DNA of 64,000 nucleotides from a virus: IMG/VR virus record IMGVR_UViG_3300028653_000010; one strand, 5' to 3'. Shown piece by piece: positions 28,362 to 36,824 of this stretch (position 1 is its first letter; each line of letters starts with the position of its first letter). The notes under the pieces were generated by a model. It saw only the letters and a program-made list of their open reading frames with translations, ran no database searches and was not told where the DNA came from. The position numbers and the translations under genes were made by a program.

Positions 28362-29013
28362 GTACTTTCTCGCTTATTTTGTCGAGTATCTTTCGAATTA
28401 CTGCTTTAGCTTCTGGAAGACTAATGAGGCCCTTCTCGATTCTATGGTGCAATCGGTCCAGACACTGGCCCACCACCATGAACCCTTCCATCTTGAAACT
28501 AGGCTTTGAATCCCGCAGACGTCGCTCACAGACGTTCAATAGATCCTGCACGTCAACCTCCTCTTCAGACGGCCCCCTGAGGGTCTCGTAGCTCTCATGG
28601 CTCAGGGTAGGTGCTTTAGGTGCTTCGATCCCGAAAGCCTCCTCTAGGCCTCGAAGGATCTGATGCCACTTCATCCCCTCATCGCCCTTGAAGGTCTTCC
28701 ACAGGTCGAAGATGTCCTTACGATGACCTCCAAAGCAAACCCAACAATAGAGAGCCGAAGGGCTGTTGGCCCCCTCATCAGGGAAGACACTAGCCGAGGG
28801 ATTTCTGTCATCGTGAAACGGACATGGGATATGCTCCCTGTGGTCTGAACCACTGAACTTGAGCGCCACCCCAAAGTGTCGTAGAACGTCGTGAGCTTTC
28901 ACCTTGTCACGCAAGGTTTCCTTGCGTATAGTGGTCCACTCGCGAAATGCGGCGCCCGCTAGGTTGTCGGAGTCAAGCTTACGAGCTTCGGGTCTTGTTG
29001 AAGGTCGTGGCAT
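28345..29013 (-). CDS. CHC2 zinc-finger protein (primase zinc-binding domain only)
   Basis: CPFHDDRNPSAS...YCWVC; no TOPRIM domain follows. Confidence 0.8.
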   Translation of the reverse strand: MPRPSTRPEARKLDSDNLAGAAFREWTTIRKETLRDKVKAHDVLRHFGVALKFSGSDHREHIPCPFHDDRNPSASVFPDEGANSPSALYCWVCFGGHRKDIFDLWKTFKGDEGMKWHQILRGLEEAFGIEAPKAPTLSHESYETLRGPSEEEVDVQDLLNVCERRLRDSKPSFKMEGFMVVGQCLDRLHHRIEKGLISLPEAKAVIRKILDKISEKVRAEGA

Positions 29014-29015
29014 AG

Positions 29016-30485
29016 CTACACCTGGAACATCGAGTCAGCCCCAATACCCATGACTAGGTTCACATCGTCGACAGAGATCCCTCGCTCATCCGCTCCGTGG
29101 AACGAATCAAAGTTGGTGATCCTCTTGGTACCCCAACTGATGTTGGCCTTAAAGGGCTGGAATGGTGGACCATCGCGTCTCTTAAGGCAGTCAAACTGTA
29201 CAGTCCCTTCCTTTCGAAGGTCATCATTCAAGTATGTGGTACTCACCACGTCAGCGGAACGCTCGCATTCATTGGCATAGCTCAAGGCCCTGAGCTTGTA
29301 GCGACCCTCGTTCTTGTCCGCGAAGTCCTTGCCGTCACGGTTGATCTGGAACAACACCAGGATAGGGATCTTCTCACCGTGGTTGAAGTGGAGTGCGAGC
29401 TTCTTAGTGTCCCGCAAAACCGAGTTCAATTCGATGGTATAATCCTTGTTCCTCTTCCTCCGACGCGGCTCTAAGAGTCCACCGTGGTCGATGACCAGAA
29501 GGTGAATCGGTTCCTCCTGATGCCTCAACTCAGCGTACTGCTGAACCTCGTCGATGGTGATATCGTCATCTGGACCCCAAACATCAAATCGTCCATAGGA
29601 TTCATTCTCGTTGAAGTCCTTGATGACGAGCTGGTAGAACTCCTCTTCTTCCTTGGTGAGTTTACCGTCTTTGACGGCATCGTAGTCGAGAGGTTTGTAC
29701 CCCTGCGCCTTCCAAATACCATTGGAAGAGTGCATAACGTAGATCATCTTCCGTACTTGCTCATACGGCATCTCGAGAGTGATGTAGAGAGCACTCTTCT
29801 TGTATCGAGTGATAAGGTTGTAGCACCAGTTCAAGGCGAAGGTTGTCTTGAGTTCACCTACGAAAGCAGCATGAACCCACATCTCACCTTTCTTGATTCC
29901 CTTGACGAACGAGTCGATTCCGTTGATGCCACAGAACATCCCCCAGACGTTGCCCTTGTTGGCCTTGGCATCTAGGTACTCATCCCAGACTTCCTGTCCG
30001 TCGTCCCTGATGTTACCATCAATCCTGGAGTTGTGTTCGTAGACCAACAGGCGATGAGTGTTGCGCGCGAAGTGCATCACCCCGTCTCGAAGACCACGCT
30101 TGGTCTCTTCTTCAACGATGAGTCCTTTGGTGATGATCTCCTGGGCCTCTTTCAGAATCGTGATAGCCCGAATCTTATTCTGCTCTTCAAGAGTCTCATG
30201 TAGTAAATGGGTGAAGTTAGTACGACTATAGGGAGGGGCTACCTCATGGTCCCCAACCCGCTCAATAGCCTCTTGGTCCTTCTTGATTTCGAAGTGATCG
30301 ATGATCGTCTGCTTCGAAGGCATCTCAAGGCGCTGATGAAAGTACTTCCTGAGGAAGTCATAGATGCGCTTGTCCGCAGGATGTGGCCATTCAAGCTTGG
30401 ACTGAGTGAGCCTCTGAAAGTTAGCCTTCAGATTCTCCTGAGTAATACCACCATAGTCAATGACTGACCGAAGTAATCCCTTCAT
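29016..30485 (-). CDS. DnaB-like replicative helicase
   Basis: AFVGELKTT (divergent Walker A), YITLEM, LVIDH, LFQINR, ERSADVV, KRRDG. Confidence 0.85.
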   Translation of the reverse strand: MKGLLRSVIDYGGITQENLKANFQRLTQSKLEWPHPADKRIYDFLRKYFHQRLEMPSKQTIIDHFEIKKDQEAIERVGDHEVAPPYSRTNFTHLLHETLEEQNKIRAITILKEAQEIITKGLIVEEETKRGLRDGVMHFARNTHRLLVYEHNSRIDGNIRDDGQEVWDEYLDAKANKGNVWGMFCGINGIDSFVKGIKKGEMWVHAAFVGELKTTFALNWCYNLITRYKKSALYITLEMPYEQVRKMIYVMHSSNGIWKAQGYKPLDYDAVKDGKLTKEEEEFYQLVIKDFNENESYGRFDVWGPDDDITIDEVQQYAELRHQEEPIHLLVIDHGGLLEPRRRKRNKDYTIELNSVLRDTKKLALHFNHGEKIPILVLFQINRDGKDFADKNEGRYKLRALSYANECERSADVVSTTYLNDDLRKEGTVQFDCLKRRDGPPFQPFKANISWGTKRITNFDSFHGADERGISVDDVNLVMGIGADSMFQV

Positions 30486-31363
30486 CAGAAGTTACCCCCG
30501 TTGCGCTTTCCCTTGTACTTCTTTTTCTTACCGTCATCGGTAAGCAACCCCATGTCTATTGTAGATGAAGCAGGGGCTGGGATTGCAGGCTCGGGCATTA
30601 CGAACTTCCTACGTGGTTTTGGAGCTTCTTCAGTGTCCAGACTCATACCTTCTTCTTCAGTGACAGCTAGATGTGCTCCTTTAACTCCTCGTGGGACTAG
30701 CTCACGTTCAACTCGTGCTTTGATCTCGACAACTGAGAACCTTTGAGAGATTAGCTCTGCTACCTCAGCGTCATACGAGAAGTGACCTGGTCCGAAAATA
30801 CTATTGGGCTCTTCAATTATCCAAGTAGGCTTACCTACTGCATGGCGCAGAAGGATGGCCTCCTTGAGGATTCCAGGCATCGCCCTATTAGCGTACCCGA
30901 GGAACCCAAGGCGAATGATTACCAGCTCACGGTCACCCCCAATGACATCAGAGAGCTTGTTGTTGGTCTCTATGTCGTCACGCTTCTTTCGACTTCGAGC
31001 GGTGTATGACTCTGACCCAACGTACACATCGCGCAAACGAGCATCAGTAATGATTTGGAACTGATACAACAAGTTGTGCAGCATCTTGATAGTGAGCACC
31101 AACCTCAAGTGTGAAGCAAGATCTGACCAATAACCCTTGATGAACAAATTCTCCGAAGTAAGATCAACCTTCACCTCACCTGGACCACCTACCTCCAGTA
31201 ACGGAGATGCGTTCATAGGCGGAGCTTCAGCTATATCCGGCGGGAGTCTCTTCTTGATGTTGGTTCGGAAGCTACACACACATTGCTTCTTGTCCGCGTC
31301 GTCACCGACATCTATTTTACCGTCCTGACTCTTACAAATCGGACAGACAGGGGGATCGGGCAT
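30485..31363 (-). CDS. putative degenerate DnaC/DnaI-like helicase loader
   Basis: CPIC...CVC zinc knuckle, NLFIKG lacking GKT, LVIIRLG, R...GKPTWI. Confidence 0.5.
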   Translation of the reverse strand: MPDPPVCPICKSQDGKIDVGDDADKKQCVCSFRTNIKKRLPPDIAEAPPMNASPLLEVGGPGEVKVDLTSENLFIKGYWSDLASHLRLVLTIKMLHNLLYQFQIITDARLRDVYVGSESYTARSRKKRDDIETNNKLSDVIGGDRELVIIRLGFLGYANRAMPGILKEAILLRHAVGKPTWIIEEPNSIFGPGHFSYDAEVAELISQRFSVVEIKARVERELVPRGVKGAHLAVTEEEGMSLDTEEAPKPRRKFVMPEPAIPAPASSTIDMGLLTDDGKKKKYKGKRNGGNF

Positions 31364-31375
31364 CGTCCGAGGTAC

Positions 31376-31383
31376 TACACCGA
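31376..31383 (-). promoter_or_regulatory. TCGGTGTA motif (replication operon)
   Basis: 12 nt upstream of ATG 31363. Confidence 0.6.
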
Positions 31384-31388
31384 CTTGG

Positions 31389-33122
31389 TCACTTCTTCGG
31401 AATGTCCCGCAAAGAGTTGATCAAGTCGCGAACGTCATCCTCGTGGCGCTCGAACTTCAGAGCACCTACGGCTGCCTCGCCAATGACCTGGTCAATCAAG
31501 CCCTTCTTTTTGCGTAGCTTTTGGATGACCTTATGGTCGATAGTCTCGGTCTTCTTGCCACTGCCTGGCCGCTTTGCTAGTAAATGAATGGCCAAAACGG
31601 CTTGATGGGGGGAGCCGATTCGAATCATCCTACCTAGCAACTGAACATATCTGCCCCAAGACCACGGTGTATCGAAGAAGATCATTGCTGCAGCAGCCTG
31701 CAGATTAATCGACTCACTACCAGCATCAGTGATAAAAATCACCTTTATCTTGCTGTCAGGATCTTGAAACTTATCCTGGGCCGCCTTACGATCACTAGAC
31801 TTTGTAACTGCTCCCGTGATAGCTACACTCTTGATTCCCTCTTTGGTCAAGATCGCTTGAAGTCGAGCTACGTGACTCTTGAATCTGGTGTAGACAATGA
31901 CTTTCTGGTCGTCAAACTCTTCTGTCATGAGTGAGACCAGGGCCGCCTCTTTAGAGCTTCGACCCTCTGCAGCGGTGACAGGCCTCTCAAACTCATCCTC
32001 ACCAAACTTCACTAAACTGAGGGAGTTGCAGACTTCCTGGATGTAGATCAGGCTAGTCATCTGCTTAGTTTCTTCGTAGTTCTTGACCTCTCCGGTTCCA
32101 AGCTCGAAGACCCCACTCAATGCCTCTTGGTACTTACGATCTTCAACGGACGAGAGCTCGCAGATCACTTCTCGTGTTGTTAGCGCTGGAAGTTCCTTCG
32201 ACACTAAGTGCTTGGGACGACCGTAGAAGAACGGATCAATGGTCTCTCGAAAGTGAGCAAGGTTTTTATAGCCAACGATAATGGGTATCTTCCCCCCACC
32301 CTTGACCCTCTGCATCTCGGTCACACAGTACACATTGAGGAAACCAGACTTGCTACCGAATGTCTGGGGTCGAATGACCTTGTAGATTCCGAACCCTTCA
32401 ATCAAGTGATTTTGAAGAAGGGTTGCGGTCAAACCCCAAACTCGCTTGGCGCGGTCCGCTAGGAACTTACAAGTCTGATGGGTCTTCGTCGTCGGGTTCT
32501 TGCAAGCCTGAACCTCATCAAGGATCAGAGCTAGCTTTGGGATCTTCATCGTCAAGTCATCAAGATACCCTCGACCGGCGATAGTCACAGTCCCCTTCTT
32601 CGACCCTGGAGGTGGCTCGGCCTTAGTGATCCCTTGATCCCAATCCCGGACCACTCCATGATAGTTCACCATGAGCACTGCGGGTCCGACATGCTTGGAC
32701 CAGTTGCTGTAGGCCTCCTTGCGATGGTTCAAGTCCCCAACAGCCTGGAAGGTCTTGACTCCTGTCGAGAACTTGTCGAACTCAGACGCCCATTGACCTA
32801 TAGAGGACTTGGGGCAGACGACCATGACCTTGACCTGAGGATCGCGCTCCCATATGTAGCAAAGAGCTCCAATGGCTTGCAAGGTCTTCCCTAGCCCAGT
32901 CCCGTCCCCGAGCACCATCCGATTCATGATCAGAAGGTGGTAGATCCCTTGAACCTGGTAGTATCTAACCTTCAGCTGCTCGAGAGTCCCATCGAACCCA
33001 CGGATCTCTGTTCTGAGCATTGGGGTAGGCTTGATCTCGACAGTGGTACTAGCCCTAACCTTCTTCAGGTGTGCATATACCTTCTCGTACTGTTCTTTGA
33101 CAGCCGCAGACTCTTTGGGCAT
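31389..33122 (-). CDS. SNF2-family helicase
   Basis: DGTGLGKT, LDEVQ, LTAT, SESINLQAA, QLLGRMIRIG. Confidence 0.92.
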   Translation of the reverse strand: MPKESAAVKEQYEKVYAHLKKVRASTTVEIKPTPMLRTEIRGFDGTLEQLKVRYYQVQGIYHLLIMNRMVLGDGTGLGKTLQAIGALCYIWERDPQVKVMVVCPKSSIGQWASEFDKFSTGVKTFQAVGDLNHRKEAYSNWSKHVGPAVLMVNYHGVVRDWDQGITKAEPPPGSKKGTVTIAGRGYLDDLTMKIPKLALILDEVQACKNPTTKTHQTCKFLADRAKRVWGLTATLLQNHLIEGFGIYKVIRPQTFGSKSGFLNVYCVTEMQRVKGGGKIPIIVGYKNLAHFRETIDPFFYGRPKHLVSKELPALTTREVICELSSVEDRKYQEALSGVFELGTGEVKNYEETKQMTSLIYIQEVCNSLSLVKFGEDEFERPVTAAEGRSSKEAALVSLMTEEFDDQKVIVYTRFKSHVARLQAILTKEGIKSVAITGAVTKSSDRKAAQDKFQDPDSKIKVIFITDAGSESINLQAAAAMIFFDTPWSWGRYVQLLGRMIRIGSPHQAVLAIHLLAKRPGSGKKTETIDHKVIQKLRKKKGLIDQVIGEAAVGALKFERHEDDVRDLINSLRDIPKK

Positions 33123-33131
33123 CGGTACTAA

Positions 33132-33139
33132 TACACCGA
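33132..33139 (-). promoter_or_regulatory. TCGGTGTA motif
   Basis: 9 nt upstream of ATG 33122. Confidence 0.6.
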
Positions 33140-33145
33140 CTAAGA

Positions 33146-34117
33146 TTAAGTTTGACGGGCAAGTCGAGCAGCCCTTTTAGCCTCAACCACTCTTGCTATA
33201 TGTTCAGGTGACTTTGGGCGACCTTTCTGAGCAGCACTCATGTTAGCTCGACGTTCTGGGGTTAGAGGTACTCCACGCCTCTTTGCACCGTTAATTCTAT
33301 TTGCTTCGGTCAACTTAGCAATGTGCTCAGGTGCTAGAGGACGACCTTTTGTAGCTAAACTAAGCTTGGTTTTGTGCTCTAGTGTTAGAGGTTTTGCCCA
33401 AGTATGAGTTACACTTTTAAGTGCCAAGCTTATTTTAGCCTTACGTTCTGGTGATAATGGTACACCTCGTGCAGCAAGGCCTTTGACTCTATTTGACTCA
33501 GCTATCTTCTCTCGATGTTCGGTGGAGAAGACTCGGCCCCTTAGAGCATGACTCAACTTAATTCTATGCTCTTGAGACAATGGCTTCCCTCGATGCCCAG
33601 CAGCTGACTTCTCTACGGCTTTTGGATTTTTAGGCTTTCCTAGATGAGCAGCCGAGATCTTTTTCCTCGTGACTTCAGGTAGGTGTTGCCCTCGCTTAGC
33701 ATCAGCTACTTTCTTTCGAGATTCAGGGGAATGTAACTTAGCTATAACCTCTGGAGGTCTTGGTATACCCTTACGTTTCAATGATTGTCTGAGCCGAGTC
33801 TCTTCGGAAGCTCTCTTACCTCCCATGCCGCCAGATTCAAGGTTGTAACCTTTGCCAGGGTCATTGGATTGAAGCCTAGAGATCCAATCAACTTCTCCTG
33901 AGTAAGCTTCCTCCTCACTCGAGTAGGAAGCTAGTACTGTAAAGGTGAAGTTTTCAACACCATACTTTCTAATCGCACGACTGATGAGCGATACCCAACC
34001 GCGTTTCTTGACGCCTCTATGATACTTCCATCGACTTTTCAAGTTCGTGGTCTTACCAATGTACACTTTTTTACTGAGGTTGTTGGTAATGGAGTATACG
34101 AAGGCCGTAGTCATCAC
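33146..34117 (-). mobile_element. free-standing GIY-YIG homing endonuclease with NUMOD3-like repeats
   Basis: FVYSITN...VYIGKT...RW...H, GYN; repeated (S/P)xE(H/R)xxK(I/L)SxA units; visibly more AT-rich than neighbours. Confidence 0.88.
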
Positions 34118-34713
34118 CAGAGCGCAAAACCAACACCTATACTAGGGTTGTGCTTCAGAGTCCACCATGAAAAAGCGTAACCACCATACAAGGTCATGTT
34201 CTTGAACAAGTCAACACCTAGACCAGCGCCAATGGATCTGAACCCAGTAGCAACGTTGAGGTTGACCGCCTTATAGTAGAGGAAGTCCCACAAGATTCCG
34301 ATGTCAACTCCATCAACCGCCTTAGTACTGGAGAAACCATCGACGAACAAGTAACTCCCTGCAAACTTAGGACGGAATCTGAAACCCCATACTGGTGGCT
34401 CATTCTTGGCGACGACCAAGGCCACCTTACCCGTAGTGGTCACCTCGTAGGTGCACCAAGTCAGTTTCAAGGAGTATGGTTTGGGCTCATCACCGGAGTA
34501 GTAAACTCGACCATCCTTATCCACTATAACAGCGATAGGATCCAACTGAAAAGTGGGTTGAGTCTTCTGCAGGCACTGCTTCTCTTGTGCCAAGGTGATA
34601 AAAGTCTTCAGATCAACGTCTGAGACACAAGTCGAACCCGAGGCACACGCTCCTTGAGCTTGTGCTGCCACAGGCCATAGGAGCAACGTCAAGGCAGTCA
34701 GGAGGCGTTTCAT
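34114..34713 (-). CDS. signal-peptide protein with outer-membrane beta-strand-like C-terminus
   Basis: MKRLLTALTLLLWPVAAQA signal peptide; amphipathic strands ending GVGFALW; CCGGTGTA 9 nt upstream. Confidence 0.7.
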   Translation of the reverse strand: MKRLLTALTLLLWPVAAQAQGACASGSTCVSDVDLKTFITLAQEKQCLQKTQPTFQLDPIAVIVDKDGRVYYSGDEPKPYSLKLTWCTYEVTTTGKVALVVAKNEPPVWGFRFRPKFAGSYLFVDGFSSTKAVDGVDIGILWDFLYYKAVNLNVATGFRSIGAGLGVDLFKNMTLYGGYAFSWWTLKHNPSIGVGFALW

Positions 34714-34739
34714 GGTCACCTCTACACCGGAGGTGACGC

Positions 34740-35639
34740 CTACCGCCTAGCCCGTGCAAATAAGGACTTCTGTCCTGTTGACTGGTCCTGATTCTTGGAT
34801 CTGAAGTCACCCCACTTCTTACCGAAGTCCAAGTTAAGCTTCAAAGCCTCATCGAGGGCTTTGATTGCAGTAGATATGCAGAGGTTAACGTCTTCGCAAT
34901 CTTCGAACTTGGTGCTAGCCATTGGAAGACCGATAACGTTATGCCGAACTGTATCGAGAAGGTCCTTATTCTGCTTAGCGAAAACTCGCTGAGCTTTGAC
35001 GTACTCCTCGTACTCCCTGGTTAGTGTGAATCCGCTAGAGAAGGGCTCTTCCTGAATCCACCAAGCATCCATGACAAGTTGGTCGATACTGCTGGCACTA
35101 GAACCTGCAAAAGCATACCACTCATCGCAAGCATAGATAACATCACTGAAGACACTCACTACATCTTGCAAAGTATGAGCAACTAGAGCTGGCTTCAGTA
35201 TCTTAGTCCCAACTCCGGCGGACTTCAGGGCAGCCTTACCCAGACTGTTTATGACGCTCTCGACCTTATTGAGAGGCCTATCACTAGAGAATGTACTGTA
35301 CGCTCGTAGGGGGGAGCCCTTCTTTGCAACCTTGACTAGGTTCACGAGCTGAGTCTGAAACCTCTGAATCCCCTTGATGTTGATCCCAAGCTTCTCCAAT
35401 TTACCAGGAATCTCGTCAACAGCAGTAGAAAATGCATTCAATGCACTTTTTGCTGCTGACTCATGCCTAGAGGTGGACGTCTTTACCTCAGCGAGGATGG
35501 AGTCCGCTTCCTTCAATGATCGGATAGCCCGTTGGTAGTCGTTAGTATCTATCGGGTTTGCGTTCCTAATAGAGGCGAAACGAAACTTTACACGAGCTGC
35601 GATGAGTTGGTCAAGGGGGTTGAGCTTGGGGTCCATCAC
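34740..35639 (-). CDS. hypothetical helical protein
   Basis: N-terminal ARVKFRFAS motif variant; C-terminal QKSLF. Confidence 0.7.
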   Translation of the reverse strand: MMDPKLNPLDQLIAARVKFRFASIRNANPIDTNDYQRAIRSLKEADSILAEVKTSTSRHESAAKSALNAFSTAVDEIPGKLEKLGINIKGIQRFQTQLVNLVKVAKKGSPLRAYSTFSSDRPLNKVESVINSLGKAALKSAGVGTKILKPALVAHTLQDVVSVFSDVIYACDEWYAFAGSSASSIDQLVMDAWWIQEEPFSSGFTLTREYEEYVKAQRVFAKQNKDLLDTVRHNVIGLPMASTKFEDCEDVNLCISTAIKALDEALKLNLDFGKKWGDFRSKNQDQSTGQKSLFARARR

Positions 35640-36205
35640 TTACGATATTTGTTAAGAAGATCCTCAACTGTCTGCGCAGATACTCCTGAGGTGTCTTTAA
35701 CTGTGACAGCTACCACGTTCGGCTGAACTATGATAACCTGATCTACTTGCTTGCTGGTTACACCTGTAGGTAGGGGGATCACTGTCGGCTGGGTGTCACC
35801 CGGAGCCACATAAGTAACTGTACTTGGGTCTGAGAATATCCCAGGGGTCTGGATCGGTACGACTACCGCCTGAGTATCACCCTTCGGATCTGGATCTCCC
35901 TGGGGGATGAGTTTGCCATCAGGGCCAACACGCTTGGGGTCGATGGTGTTGGCTGTCTCTACTGTTGGCCCACCTGGATTAGTCCCACCCTTCTTCCCGA
36001 GCAGCTTCCCTAGGATGCCACCAATCTGGAGTTCCTTGAACCCCATGGAGACTAGAACGACAGCAATTACTATTATGACAAGGGCCGCGAGCGGGCCCAA
36101 AACTTTGGGGCTGAGCTTCTTTATGAAGGCCCAAATCCCGAAAAAGAAACCTACAAACGCCTTCCAGAACCTAGTTCCGAAGGACTCTGTGCTTGATTCA
36201 GTCAT
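35636..36205 (-). CDS. membrane protein (possible lysis accessory)
   Basis: N-terminal hydrophobic/TM helices and a Pro/Gly/Thr-rich soluble region. Confidence 0.65.
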   Translation of the reverse strand: MTESSTESFGTRFWKAFVGFFFGIWAFIKKLSPKVLGPLAALVIIVIAVVLVSMGFKELQIGGILGKLLGKKGGTNPGGPTVETANTIDPKRVGPDGKLIPQGDPDPKGDTQAVVVPIQTPGIFSDPSTVTYVAPGDTQPTVIPLPTGVTSKQVDQVIIVQPNVVAVTVKDTSGVSAQTVEDLLNKYRK

Positions 36206-36217
36206 TTATGGTTAACC

Positions 36218-36679
36218 TTAGGCAGCCTTGGGGGGCTCTGACTTTGGAGGAGCAGGGGGAATAGGACCATCGAGCCTAGGGGCTTTCAATGCAATAGGCT
36301 CGTCTGCCTCATCTACCGAGAAGTCAGATCTGCTCTTCAGCCAACCTCGGATTCTATTGTAGATGAAAGCCGAGAACAAACCACAGATACACCCGTACAA
36401 GAACCTAGCAAGCTTCGTCTTGATCGCAAAGTCTGGCCAAACGAAGGTTTTTGCGGCAAAACTCAATCCGCCACCGATCATGATTGGGAGTATCGGTACA
36501 ACTACCTCCTCCCAAATTCTACTGGACACGGATACCTTCTTGGCTTCACCCTGCTGGATGAGGATACTCCAAGTGCCCTCGATTACCCTACGAATCAAGT
36601 AAGTTACGACGTAGATTGCCAAACAGAGATAGATCGTTTGGACGTTGAAAATACTGCTGGCTAGGCTATTGATGTCCAT
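36218..36679 (-). CDS. holin-like membrane protein
   Basis: Three hydrophobic segments and a charged C-terminal tail. Confidence 0.55.
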   Translation of the reverse strand: MDINSLASSIFNVQTIYLCLAIYVVTYLIRRVIEGTWSILIQQGEAKKVSVSSRIWEEVVVPILPIMIGGGLSFAAKTFVWPDFAIKTKLARFLYGCICGLFSAFIYNRIRGWLKSRSDFSVDEADEPIALKAPRLDGPIPPAPPKSEPPKAA

Positions 36680-36693
36680 CTTTTTCTGGTTCC

Positions 36694-36722
36694 TATCTAG
36701 GGGTATACAAAACCCCTAGATA
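36694..36722. repeat. perfect 11-bp inverted repeat between divergent genes
   Basis: TATCTAGGGGT-ATACAAA-ACCCCTAGATA. Confidence 0.8.
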
Positions 36723-36792
36723 AGTGAAAAAGTCACCCACAAGTACTACGGGGTGAGATATCCAGAAAAGATGAGGGGATTTAGGTTTCTTG

Positions 36793-36821
36793 TTGAGAAC
36801 CAGGCTGCTCGGACGTAATAC
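36793..36821 (+). promoter_or_regulatory. possible sigma70-type promoter for the RCC1 gene
   Basis: TTGAGA-17 nt-TAATAC. Confidence 0.35.
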
Positions 36822-36824
36822 TGT

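Noticed and set aside
29017-29024. CAGGTGTA as another promoter-motif copy
   Set aside because: Formed by the helicase's last codons and only 3 nt from the next ATG; probably coincidental
24906-33122. Inteins in the polymerase or helicases
   Set aside because: No intein termini or LAGLIDADG blocks seen; motif spacing is normal
33146-34117. Group I intron hosting the GIY-YIG gene
   Set aside because: Flanking genes are complete and unrelated, and there is no room for a ribozyme core
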